Program-made: the position numbers and the translations under genes | Notes under the pieces: generated by a model | What the model saw: only the letters and a program-made list of their open reading frames with translations | What the model was told of the DNA's origin: nothing | Database searches by the model: none | In this document: piece by piece, positions 26,283-35,268 of the stretch | How the letters are laid out: each line of letters begins with the position of its first letter | How positions within the stretch are numbered: position 1 is the stretch's first letter | Origin: Escherichia coli | GTDB taxonomy: Bacteria > Pseudomonadota > Gammaproteobacteria > Enterobacterales > Enterobacteriaceae | Direction: 5' to 3' (one strand) | DNA length: 64,000 bases | Assembly: GCF_002854065.1 (NCBI RefSeq) | Contig: NZ_CP024147.1

Positions 26283-27668
26283 AGTAATAATAAGTATTAT
26301 CCTTAAAGGTAAAAACCATATAAGTAAGATCTATCTCTTCAAGAATGTATATATTCACTACGTTCATATATACATGAGAAGTTTCCCTTTCATGCAGTCA
26401 AAACTACATTCATCAGCATCGCTTTCTGCGCTCTCCTTCCCAGCAAGCTGGAAAGGCCCATTCACTCACGCACAACCTGCAAACCAGACCAACATACCAT
26501 CATGGCGATTCGTTCATGGGTAGCGCGGGTATATCTCAAAGGGTGATTTCTTCTTGGTGGACCTTCGGAAGACTTCGAGCAATCGCCAGCTCAAAAGACG
26601 GTCTGGCAGTGATGGTTATCATCGACAGCATTGAGCGCTACCGCGCCAACTTACAGCAGCAGGATAACTACCGAAGGAAAACCCACGCCGAAAGGGATTG
26701 ACTCACTGCAAAGCCAATGGGTTTTATCAGCGTATACAGACCAGACAGGAAACAGCAGCAAAGCAGCGTATAGCCAGGTGCAGACAGTACCATCACACAA
26801 CGCACAGCAGGCTGAGGTGAACACTCAAACAGGTTTATCCCCGCAGCCGACCAACGCAAACCATCCTGACCGTGCCAAATTCGAACGGAATGGTGCCTGT
26901 AACGCGATGAACACATATAACCGCTTACTTGCTTACCTGAAAACTTCACGTCGCCACAGAGCGATTTAGACGCATTATAATTGATGCGATTTCATTAAAT
27001 TTTCACCAGACACCGGAACAACGCCGATTAATCCAGGAATGGATTCATCGACATGCGCCGCTTTCCCCGCAGAACAGTCTCGCCTGAATAGTCTCACCAA
27101 CCAGATTTCAGATTGTCCAATCAGGCACGTCTCATTAAACGACAGAATGCGGCCTACAACGCCATCGCTGCCGATCTCGTTTGAGCAAGGTGCTGAGACT
27201 GAATGACGGACGCCCACTCCTCAGAGCTGAGGAATCGCCACACAGAACGCTGAGATCTGATATTACCGCCGCACCATTCCACGCCAGACGAATCAATCTA
27301 ATCACACCTGAGCAAATGCATTGCCAAAAATTAAGGCCGTCAGAATGCGTTATATTGCGTTTAAACGGCATCTAATTTTAATTAGTTTTGATGTGGTGAT
27401 TGCAGGCAAAAAAAATCCCGCCGGAGAGAGCGGGGAAGTGAAATCAATCGTTGTAGTTATAGATCACATTTTGAGTAAGGGTTACCAGCCCTTGAGTAAT
27501 ATTATCCCTGTATTACGTGAGATGCGCAATTATTTTTTGCTAATTAAAAGTTTTGTAAACATTACAGAATATCCCCTTTCCCTATATGGTAAAAGATGTG
27601 AAACAGGGACATGAGGAATATAATATTAAGTATCAACAGTAATGTTGGTCTTTAATTTCATTCAGGGC

Positions 27669-27710
27669 GCGGTGAGGGTTTTCCCATATTTTTCCTCACC
27701 GCTACTTTTT
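27669..27710 (+). terminator. Terminator/attenuator-like hairpin in the leader of the AlpA-like gene
   Basis: Perfect 9-bp stem gcggtgagg (27669-27677) / cctcaccgc (27694-27702), 16-nt loop, T5 run at 27706-27710. Confidence 0.4.
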
Positions 27711-27721
27711 GAGGTGAGAAC

Positions 27722-27913
27722 ATGAATGATAGCGAATTAATGACGGTGAGCGAGGTAGCCGCTTTATTCGGCGTTACCCGACGCACTATATTCCGCTGGC
27801 TGAACAAGATTAAAGGTTGGCCCGTTCCGGTTACTCCGGTCGGTGCACGAATTAAGTTTATCCGATCTGAGATTTTGGAATTCTATAAAAACAAAGGCGC
27901 TCGCCACCAATGA
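27722..27913 (+). CDS. AlpA/excisionase-family helix-turn-helix prophage regulator
   Basis: 63-aa ORF MNDSELMTVSEVAALFGVTRRTIFRWLNK; HTH typical of prophage AlpA/Xis-type regulators; SD gaggtga 6 nt upstream. Confidence 0.7.
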   Translation: MNDSELMTVSEVAALFGVTRRTIFRWLNKIKGWPVPVTPVGARIKFIRSEILEFYKNKGARHQ

Positions 27914-27989
27914 AAACAGCTACTGAGATTATCAAATAACCTATTGATTTAATAAGCTAGCTACCGCAATTTCTGAAGGAATAGGCAGC

Positions 27990-28316
27990 ATGAAAATCAA
28001 AGCAAACACAATTAAAGAAATAACATCAATCAAAGTAAAAGGAGCAGATGCCATGCATTCATTAGACAGTTATTTTCAGCGCACGACAGCCCCTAAATCA
28101 GCCGCCCAGGAACGCCGTGAGGAATTCCAGGAAAAAGTGATGCGTTCTGCTGATTATATTGCGGACAAGTTCGTGGAAACGGTTCGGCCACTTGTTGATG
28201 AAGTAGCTGATAAACTTCAGTCTGAAATGCCGGAAGACATGGAAGGCACTGCAAAGGCGCGACTCCTTTTTGAATTAAGTCGTCGTTTCGGCGTGTCAAT
28301 AAGCACTTTTAAATAA
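27990..28316 (+). CDS. Hypothetical prophage protein (108 aa; may start at internal Met)
   Basis: ORF in co-directional tight cassette; no recognisable motif. Confidence 0.45.
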   Translation: MKIKANTIKEITSIKVKGADAMHSLDSYFQRTTAPKSAAQERREEFQEKVMRSADYIADKFVETVRPLVDEVADKLQSEMPEDMEGTAKARLLFELSRRFGVSISTFK

Positions 28317-28333
28317 TCGGAGGAGAAAAGACA

Positions 28334-28876
28334 ATGGACGCATTTGATGTACTGACAAACAAAGGCGATGAACTGGTAGCACAGCGTGATAAAACCGCCA
28401 ACGAAGGGGAACGCGCACTGTTAAATAAGCAGATTAAAGCGATCCGTATGGCCCAGTTTAAATTAATCAGCAATGAAGTTATCGAAATAATTAAACCGCA
28501 GATCCCACAAATCGTTGCTGACGCTATTAAAGCCGCCGGACTGGAGAAACGCATTGCCGGGCTGAAAACGAACGCAGAGAAAATGGAGATGCACAAACAG
28601 AGCGGTGCTCCGACTCCGGATGAGTACTTCTCACCGGATGCTGAGTTTATGGCGCAGGTTGAGGAACGTCTGGGTAGCTGTCTCACCGAGGAACAGCGTC
28701 GCTATTTTGATGGAGTGGATAGTTCGGCAGGTATTGACCTGAACTCGTGTTTCGGTCGTGAAATTGAGCATTTTGATGCCGCCCCGTCTATGCCGGAGCC
28801 AGAACCAGAAATGGCCGCCGATCCTGAAGCTGAGCAACGGAAACGCGTATTCAATGCGATAGGGATTCGGTACTGA
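28334..28876 (+). CDS. Hypothetical prophage protein (180 aa) with acidic C-terminal tail
   Basis: Strong SD (ggagga) 7 nt upstream; predicted helical N-terminal half and PEPEPE-containing acidic tail; no recognisable motif. Confidence 0.55.
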   Translation: MDAFDVLTNKGDELVAQRDKTANEGERALLNKQIKAIRMAQFKLISNEVIEIIKPQIPQIVADAIKAAGLEKRIAGLKTNAEKMEMHKQSGAPTPDEYFSPDAEFMAQVEERLGSCLTEEQRRYFDGVDSSAGIDLNSCFGREIEHFDAAPSMPEPEPEMAADPEAEQRKRVFNAIGIRY

Positions 28877-28927
28877 TCGGATAAAAGAAAGCCGGGAATT
28901 ACCCCGGCTGACTTAACAATGTGACCA

Positions 28928-29302
28928 ATGAACAAATCGGACAAGACAAACAGGATAAGCAGTCTCGAAACAATGTTCGGGAACTATATTAGCACAAGTC
29001 CGGAGAAAATCATCATGTTGGCACTACGCATCATGCAGGGCATCGCTAAGACCCTCGCAGAACATGTCTTAGACCTGAAACATTCGCCACTGAGCAAACA
29101 GGCCATGAAGCGCCAAACGCTTCGTCTGTGGGCTGAATATTCGCTTGGAACTATCAATAAAATCATCGACATGAAATCGGGGCCGAGCAACCAGAGCGCG
29201 GAGGAAATGGAGTTCATCAGGCGTTTAATTCTCATTCGCAGAGATATTCATAGCCAGTTACACAGCGTGGGAATCGATATTAATGATGGGACGGGCGATT
29301 AA
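28928..29302 (+). CDS. Hypothetical prophage protein (124 aa)
   Basis: ORF in same cassette; basic, helical; no recognisable motif. Confidence 0.5.
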   Translation: MNKSDKTNRISSLETMFGNYISTSPEKIIMLALRIMQGIAKTLAEHVLDLKHSPLSKQAMKRQTLRLWAEYSLGTINKIIDMKSGPSNQSAEEMEFIRRLILIRRDIHSQLHSVGIDINDGTGD

Positions 29303-29340
29303 TTTTCGGACAAGTACAATGCGCGCGCGAGGAGCTGAAC

Positions 29341-29571
29341 ATGAAGCAAGATATTGCAGACAGGCTGGAGATACTCGAAGGCCAGCGGGCAGAAGCGAAA
29401 CAACTACGTAAGCAGGCCAGAAGAGCGCACAGGAACTACGAAGCAGAATCACTGACCGCTTTCATCAACTTCACAAACCGTTGCATCCAGGAGTGTTACA
29501 GGGAGGATGCAGAAAACTGGCTGGATTCATTGCCAGAACAGACTCTGCATGAACTGAACGGCGACCAGTAA
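29341..29571 (+). CDS. Hypothetical prophage protein (76 aa, coiled-coil-like)
   Basis: SD gaggag 7 nt upstream of ATG; Arg/Glu/Gln-rich helical sequence. Confidence 0.45.
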   Translation: MKQDIADRLEILEGQRAEAKQLRKQARRAHRNYEAESLTAFINFTNRCIQECYREDAENWLDSLPEQTLHELNGDQ

Positions 29572-29859
29572 ATAAATCCAGTACGTTTCCCGCAGTGCGC
29601 ATAACGTACATTATGTGAAAAACGATATGGATGTATATCAGTATTGATTTCATTGAGAAAACTGGGTTTTCAGTGGCACAGACAAAGAAGCATAGCTGAT
29701 ACAGCTTTATAAGCCATTGATTCTATTAAGTGATGTTTTTTGTGATTGGTTGAAGCAAACCAAAACACGATGCCACTGAAGCGTTAATAAACTGTTTCAA
29801 TGTGAAATTATTAGAGTAAAGAACAATTTGGAGGGTCCGCAAACGCGGATAACAATATC

Positions 29860-32040
29860 ATGAGTGGAAATCTCGGGACCATATACTACGAGGTCGATGC
29901 CCGCACTGGGAAACTTCTTATCGCGCAACAGCAGGCGGAAGAGGCGTTCGATCGCATTGAACGAGGAGCGCGGAAGGCTGATAGCGGCGTCAAAAAGTTA
30001 AATACGCAGATGACTAAAACATCAGCCGCAGTCAAAACCAACCTTTCCCCGGCAATCCGTAACGCATCATACCAGATCGCAGACCTTGCCACTCAATTGC
30101 AGATGGGCGGTAATGCGCTTCAGGCGTTCGCTGTGCAGGGTGCGCAGTTATTAGCTGGCTTTGGCACGATGGGCGCGGTAGCTGGCGCGGTGCTGGCTAT
30201 CGCTGGCGCTATGGGTGGAAGCCTGGCACAAGGCGCTGATAGTGCAGCCGGATCGGTTGAGTATCTGGACAAGGCGATCACCAAACTGAACGAGGTCATA
30301 GCTGTAAATGAACAGGGCGTGACGGTGATGAGTGATAGTTACGCCAGACTTTCTAAGGTTAACGCTGAAGTAGCGAAACAGATGCGGAACATGGCTGAAA
30401 TTCAGGCAATTGCAGCACTGCGTGACCTGAAAGAACAGGCAAGCCAGGCACAGGGGGAAATGTCGTCATTCTGGCGCAGCTTGCAGGGTGGTAAAGCTGA
30501 CGCAGCAGCAGCAGCACAGGCACTTGATGATCTTGGAATCACAACCAACGACTACAAAGAGGCGATAGCCATACTGAACGCCAATCAGCCGGATACACAG
30601 GCGCAAATGGCAACGCTAGCCAAATCCGTGATGTATGTTGGAGAGCAATATGATCTGACCAACCAGCAAGCATACGAATTTATACGCGCACTAAATAAGG
30701 CCGCGACAACGAAAACGCCGGAAGCCATGCAGGAGCTATCTGGCTTCATGCAGGTTTTGCTTCAGGATACCGAAAACGGTAACGAGGCATTCCGTGAACT
30801 GGCTATCAAATTCGTCGATGCACAAACCAAAGGCGCAATGTTGGAGGACCAACTAAACCGACTGAAAGGCGCTATTAGTGACGCAGCCACAGAAGCCAGA
30901 AACGCAAACTTTACCACTATGCTCAACACCGTCGCCGCACGCCTGGCAACCATTGAGCAAGGTTGGGAGGCAGGCGTTAGGATGCAGATGAAAGCCCAGG
31001 GCTACACTGAAGAGCAGATCGATGAATATGTGAACATGGAAACGGCGTACCGTGATGCAAAAGCCGCTTTGGACGAGAAGAACAAGGCCGACCGTGAAGC
31101 TATTGCGCTATCCAAACGCCAGGCCGCAGAAGCAGCCCGCAAGGCAAAACAGGAAGAAGCTGAAGCACAACGCAAGGCCAAACAGTTAGCCGCGCAGAAG
31201 GAGCAGGCAGGACGCTTTACGCAGCAAGTAATGACGGAATACCTGACGACCGTAGATCCGGCAACAGGCAAGGCGTTTAACCCTGCCGCACAAGTAGAAA
31301 TGCAGGAGCAGCAGAAGAAAGCGGCGCTGGATAAATACAGACAGTTGGGCGTCCTGGATGAACAGCAGTACCAGAACACGCTAACCGCCATCCAGAAAAC
31401 CGCGTCAATGCGCCGCCAGCAAATCATCAAAGACGAGGCCGACACGTTATTCAACAATCAGCAACAGTTGATCGGCACATTTGGCGATTTCTTCGGTGAA
31501 CTGTCTGGAGTCATAGCAGACGGTGCAGGTGAGCAAAACGCGGCATATCAAGCGCTATTTGCTGTGCAGAAGGGTTTTGTATTGGCATCAGCAGCTTTAA
31601 GCCTTCAGAAAGCGCTTGCTGAGGCAAACGCCTTGCCTTTCCCGGCTAATCTTCCGGCCTATGCGCAAGCTATGTCAGCAGGTACGCAGATCATTTCAGC
31701 TATTCGTGGAATAGCTTTCGGTGGCGGACGCTACAACGGCGGCGCGGTTGGTGCTGGCAACCTGTACCGCGTGGGTGAACACGGTAAGCCTGAGATATTC
31801 AAGGCGAACAATGGCAGCCAGTACATGATCCCAGGTGATAACGGTCGCGTGATAAGTAATCGTGACATTGGCGGCGGTGGCGGCGTAACAATCAACAGCC
31901 CGATCACCATTAACACTACGAATGGCTTCAGTGATGAAGACTCAAGGCGTCTTGAGGAAGCGATGAAGCGCGTAGCTATGGGCGTTTGCAGGCAGGAGTC
32001 AACCAGACCGGGAGGAATGTTAGCCCCGCGCCGTCGTTAA
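29860..32040 (+). CDS. Phage tail tape-measure-like protein
   Basis: 726-aa Ala/Gln-rich mostly helical ORF with glycine-rich hydrophobic N-terminal segment, long coiled-coil region (AEAARKAKQEEAEAQRKAKQLAAQKEQ) and C-terminal Gly-rich motif GGGRYNGGAVGAGNLYRVGEHG resembling the lambda gpH C-terminus as recalled. Confidence 0.65.
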   Translation: MSGNLGTIYYEVDARTGKLLIAQQQAEEAFDRIERGARKADSGVKKLNTQMTKTSAAVKTNLSPAIRNASYQIADLATQLQMGGNALQAFAVQGAQLLAGFGTMGAVAGAVLAIAGAMGGSLAQGADSAAGSVEYLDKAITKLNEVIAVNEQGVTVMSDSYARLSKVNAEVAKQMRNMAEIQAIAALRDLKEQASQAQGEMSSFWRSLQGGKADAAAAAQALDDLGITTNDYKEAIAILNANQPDTQAQMATLAKSVMYVGEQYDLTNQQAYEFIRALNKAATTKTPEAMQELSGFMQVLLQDTENGNEAFRELAIKFVDAQTKGAMLEDQLNRLKGAISDAATEARNANFTTMLNTVAARLATIEQGWEAGVRMQMKAQGYTEEQIDEYVNMETAYRDAKAALDEKNKADREAIALSKRQAAEAARKAKQEEAEAQRKAKQLAAQKEQAGRFTQQVMTEYLTTVDPATGKAFNPAAQVEMQEQQKKAALDKYRQLGVLDEQQYQNTLTAIQKTASMRRQQIIKDEADTLFNNQQQLIGTFGDFFGELSGVIADGAGEQNAAYQALFAVQKGFVLASAALSLQKALAEANALPFPANLPAYAQAMSAGTQIISAIRGIAFGGGRYNGGAVGAGNLYRVGEHGKPEIFKANNGSQYMIPGDNGRVISNRDIGGGGGVTINSPITINTTNGFSDEDSRRLEEAMKRVAMGVCRQESTRPGGMLAPRRR

Positions 32041-32163
32041 CCAAATCCCACGCCAGGGGAACAGACTGGCGGACCTTCAAAGACGGTCGCACACCGTGTT
32101 TGACATAATTTATTGTTTTTTGCTTGCTCTTATTATTGCAGCCGTTAGGGTAATGACTCCAAC

Positions 32164-32667
32164 TTATTGATAGTGTTTTATGTTCAGATAATGCCCGATG
32201 ACTTTGTCATGCAGCTCCACCGATTTTGAGAACGACAGCGACTTCCGTCCCAGCCGTGCCAGGTGCTGCCTCAGATTCAGGTTATGCCGCTCAATTCGCT
32301 GCGTATATCGCTTGCTGATTACGTGCAGCTTTCCCTTCAGGCGGGATTCATACAGCGGCCAGCCATCCGTCATCCATATCACCACGTCAAAGGGTGACAG
32401 CAGGCTCATAAGACGCCCCAGCGTCGCCATAGTGCGTTCACCGAATACGTGCGCAACAACCGTCTTCCGGAGACTGTCATACGCGTAAAACAGCCAGCGC
32501 TGGCGCGATTTAGCCCCGACGTATCCCCACTGTTCGTCCATTTCCGCGCAGACGATGACGTCACTGCCCGGCTGTATGCGCGAGGTTACCGACTGCGGCC
32601 TGAGTTTTTTAAATGGCGGAAAATCGTGTTGAGGCCAACGCCCATAATGCGGGCGGTTGCCCGGCAT
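32164..32667 (-). CDS. insB: IS1 InsB reading frame (expressed as InsAB transposase by -1 frameshift)
   Basis: 167-aa ORF overlapping the insA 3-prime end in the -1 frame, classic IS1 organisation. Confidence 0.85.
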   Translation of the reverse strand: MPGNRPHYGRWPQHDFPPFKKLRPQSVTSRIQPGSDVIVCAEMDEQWGYVGAKSRQRWLFYAYDSLRKTVVAHVFGERTMATLGRLMSLLSPFDVVIWMTDGWPLYESRLKGKLHVISKRYTQRIERHNLNLRQHLARLGRKSLSFSKSVELHDKVIGHYLNIKHYQ

Positions 32668-32861
32668 CCAACGCCATTCATGGCCATATCAATGATTTTC
32701 TGGTGCGTACCGGGTTGAGAAGCGGTGTAAGTGAACTGCAGTTGCCATGTTTTACGGCAGTGAGAGCAGAGATAGCGCTGATGTCCGGCAGTGCTTTTGC
32801 CGTTACGCACCACCCCGTCAGTAGCTGAACAGGAGGGACAGCTGATAGAAACAGAAGCCAC
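32586..32861 (-). CDS. insA: IS1 InsA protein
   Basis: 91-aa [46 protein letters not shown] with zinc-finger cysteines. Confidence 0.9.
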   Translation of the reverse strand: MASVSISCPSCSATDGVVRNGKSTAGHQRYLCSHCRKTWQLQFTYTASQPGTHQKIIDMAMNGVGCRATARIMGVGLNTIFRHLKNSGRSR

Positions 32862-32988
32862 TGGAGCACCTCAAAAACACCATCATACACTAAATCAGTA
32901 AGTTGGCAGCATCACCAGCTTTACTAATATATTGCAGCTGGACCGCTTACCCTGAATATTCAGGGTAAGCGTGAGAGTTAAAAAAGAA

Positions 32989-35268
32989 TTACAGCGGTTG
33001 GGTTTGCGCTTCAACCACGGCCAGCGCCACCATGTTGACGATACGACGTACCGATGCGATCGGCGTTAACACGTGAACCGGTTTCGCCACGCCCATCAGC
33101 ACCGGACCGACAGTCACACCTTCCGAGCTGGAAACGCGCAGTAAGTTGTAACTAATGCGGGCAGCTTCCATGTTTGGCATTACCAGAATATTGGCAGAAC
33201 CTTTCAAAGGGCTGTCCGGCATACGGTCGTTGCGAATCGCTTCCACCAGCGCTGCATCGCCGTGCATTTCACCATCAATCATCAGTTCTGGCGCACGTTC
33301 CCTGACCAGTTCCAGCGCCTGACGCATTTTGCTCGACGACGGACAGTCAGAAGAACCAAAGTTGGAGTGCGACAACAGAGCAACGCGCGGCTCAATACCA
33401 AAACGACGGACAGTTTCTGCCGCCATCAAGGTGATCTCCGCCAGCTCTTCTGCGTCTGGTTCGTCATTGACGTAGGTATCGGCAATAAAGGTGTTACCAC
33501 TCGGCAGCAGCAGCGCGTTCATTGCACCTGCGGTGTGAACGCCATCGCGATAACCAAAGACATTTTTCACCACGCTAAAATGTTCATGATAATCACCCAC
33601 CGTACCGCAAATCATTGCATCGGCTTCGCCACGCTGAACCATGATCGCGCCGATCACTGTCGGGTTACTGATCAACGCCCGCTGCGCCTGTTCCTGAGTG
33701 ACGCCGCGACGCTTCATGATCTGGAAGTATTCGGTCCAGTACTCTTTAAAGCGCGGATCGGATTCGTTATTGACGATCTCAAAATCAACGCCCGCTTTGA
33801 TCTGCAAGCCCAGTTTCTGAATGCGCATTTCGATCACGTTCGGACGACCGATAAGGATCGGTTTCGCCAGTCCCAGCGTTACCAGTTCCTGAGTGGCATG
33901 TAGAACGCGCGCCTCTTCCCCTTCCGGCAGAACTACGCGCTTCGGCGCTTTGCGAGCCTGGGAGAAAATCGGCTTCATAAACAGGTTGGTTTTGTAAACG
34001 AACTCAGTCAGCTTGTCGATGTAGACGTCGAAATCAGCAATCGGACGCGTCGCCACGCCCGACTCCATCGCCGCTTTCGCGACCGCAGGAGCGATCTTAA
34101 CGATCAAGCGCGGATCAAACGGTTTTGGAATGATGTATTCCGGACCAAAGCTCAGATCCTGATCGCCATACGCTGAAGCCACCACTTCGCTCTGTTCCGC
34201 ATGGGCCAGTTCTGCAATCGCGCGTACCGCCGCCAGTTTCATCTCTTCGTTGATGGCGGTTGCGCCAACGTCCAGCGCGCCACGGAAGATGAACGGGAAG
34301 CAAAGGACGTTGTTGACCTGGTTTGGATAGTCAGAACGACCGGTGCAGATGATGGCATCCGGACGCACTTCTTTCGCCAGCGGCGGCAGAATTTCCGGTT
34401 CCGGGTTCGCCAGCGCCAGGATCATTGGCGCTCGAGCCATTTTCTTCACCATTTCCTGGGTCAGCACTTTCGGGCCGGAACAGCCGAGGAAAATATCCGC
34501 GCCTTCAATCACATCATCGAGGGTACGTTTGCCGTCATCCACTACCGCATATGCGGCTTTGGTTTCCGCCATGTTTGGCTCACGGCCCTGATAGATAACG
34601 CCTTTTGAATCGCAAACCACGATGTTATGTTTTTGCAGACCCAGCGCGACCAGCAGGTTCATACAGGCGATTGCTGCAGCACCCGCGCCGGAAACCACCA
34701 TACGCACGTCAGAGATGTTTTTCTCCACCACGCGCAAGCCGTTGAGGATGGCGGCAGTGCTGATGATTGCCGTGCCGTGCTGATCGTCGTGGAATACCGG
34801 AATATTCATCCGCTCGCGCAGTTTCTGTTCAATATAGAAACATTCTGGCGCTTTAATGTCTTCGAGGTTGATTCCGCCGAAGGTCGGTTCGAGCGCAGCG
34901 ACGACTTCAATAAATTTGTCCGGGTCGAGTTCATCAACTTCAATGTCAAATACATCAATCCCGGCGAATTTCTTAAACAGAACGCCCTTGCCTTCCATCA
35001 CCGGTTTGCCTGCCAGCGCGCCAATGTTGCCTAACCCCAGCACCGCCGTACCGTTAGAGATCACCGCCACCAGGTTACCGCGCGCGGTATATTTGTAGGC
35101 TTTTAACGGGTCTTTTTCGATTTCAAGACAAGGTGCGGCAACGCCTGGTGAGTAGGCCAGCGCCAGATCGCGCTGCGTTGCCAGAGGCTTGGTTGGAGAA
35201 ACCTGGATTTTCCCTGGAACTGGAAATTCATGGAAATCAAGTGCACTTTGTTTTAACTGGTCATCCAT
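32989..35268 (-). CDS. maeB: NADP-dependent malic enzyme
   Basis: 759-aa ORF with N-terminal malic enzyme domain and C-terminal phosphotransacetylase-like domain. Confidence 0.95.
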   Translation of the reverse strand: MDDQLKQSALDFHEFPVPGKIQVSPTKPLATQRDLALAYSPGVAAPCLEIEKDPLKAYKYTARGNLVAVISNGTAVLGLGNIGALAGKPVMEGKGVLFKKFAGIDVFDIEVDELDPDKFIEVVAALEPTFGGINLEDIKAPECFYIEQKLRERMNIPVFHDDQHGTAIISTAAILNGLRVVEKNISDVRMVVSGAGAAAIACMNLLVALGLQKHNIVVCDSKGVIYQGREPNMAETKAAYAVVDDGKRTLDDVIEGADIFLGCSGPKVLTQEMVKKMARAPMILALANPEPEILPPLAKEVRPDAIICTGRSDYPNQVNNVLCFPFIFRGALDVGATAINEEMKLAAVRAIAELAHAEQSEVVASAYGDQDLSFGPEYIIPKPFDPRLIVKIAPAVAKAAMESGVATRPIADFDVYIDKLTEFVYKTNLFMKPIFSQARKAPKRVVLPEGEEARVLHATQELVTLGLAKPILIGRPNVIEMRIQKLGLQIKAGVDFEIVNNESDPRFKEYWTEYFQIMKRRGVTQEQAQRALISNPTVIGAIMVQRGEADAMICGTVGDYHEHFSVVKNVFGYRDGVHTAGAMNALLLPSGNTFIADTYVNDEPDAEELAEITLMAAETVRRFGIEPRVALLSHSNFGSSDCPSSSKMRQALELVRERAPELMIDGEMHGDAALVEAIRNDRMPDSPLKGSANILVMPNMEAARISYNLLRVSSSEGVTVGPVLMGVAKPVHVLTPIASVRRIVNMVALAVVEAQTQPL

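Larger units (their letters stand above)
32149..32916 (-). mobile_element. Complete IS1 insertion sequence (768 bp) with 23-bp terminal inverted repeats
   Basis: Ends ggtaatgactccaacttattgat (32149-32171) and atcagtaagttggcagcatcacc (32894-32916); encloses insA and insB. Confidence 0.9.

Noticed and set aside
23985-27189. 11-bp identical string gtttgagcaag at the integrase start (23985-23995) and again at 27179-27189
   Set aside because: Too short to tell from chance in a 64-kb window and not at plausible island boundaries; not treated as an att core.
31002-31457. 151-aa cysteine/serine-rich minus-strand ORF inside the tape-measure-like gene
   Set aside because: Antisense to an Ala/Gln-rich coding region, which produces Cys/Ser-rich shadow frames; no start context.
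23800-32148. Assigning K-12 CPZ-55 gene names (yffL to yffS) to the island ORFs
   Set aside because: ORF sizes and order here do not match my recollection of the K-12 yff genes, so only the integrase is named and the rest are left as hypothetical.
33262-33903. 213-aa plus-strand ORF opposite maeB
   Set aside because: Antisense shadow ORF inside a conserved malic enzyme gene.
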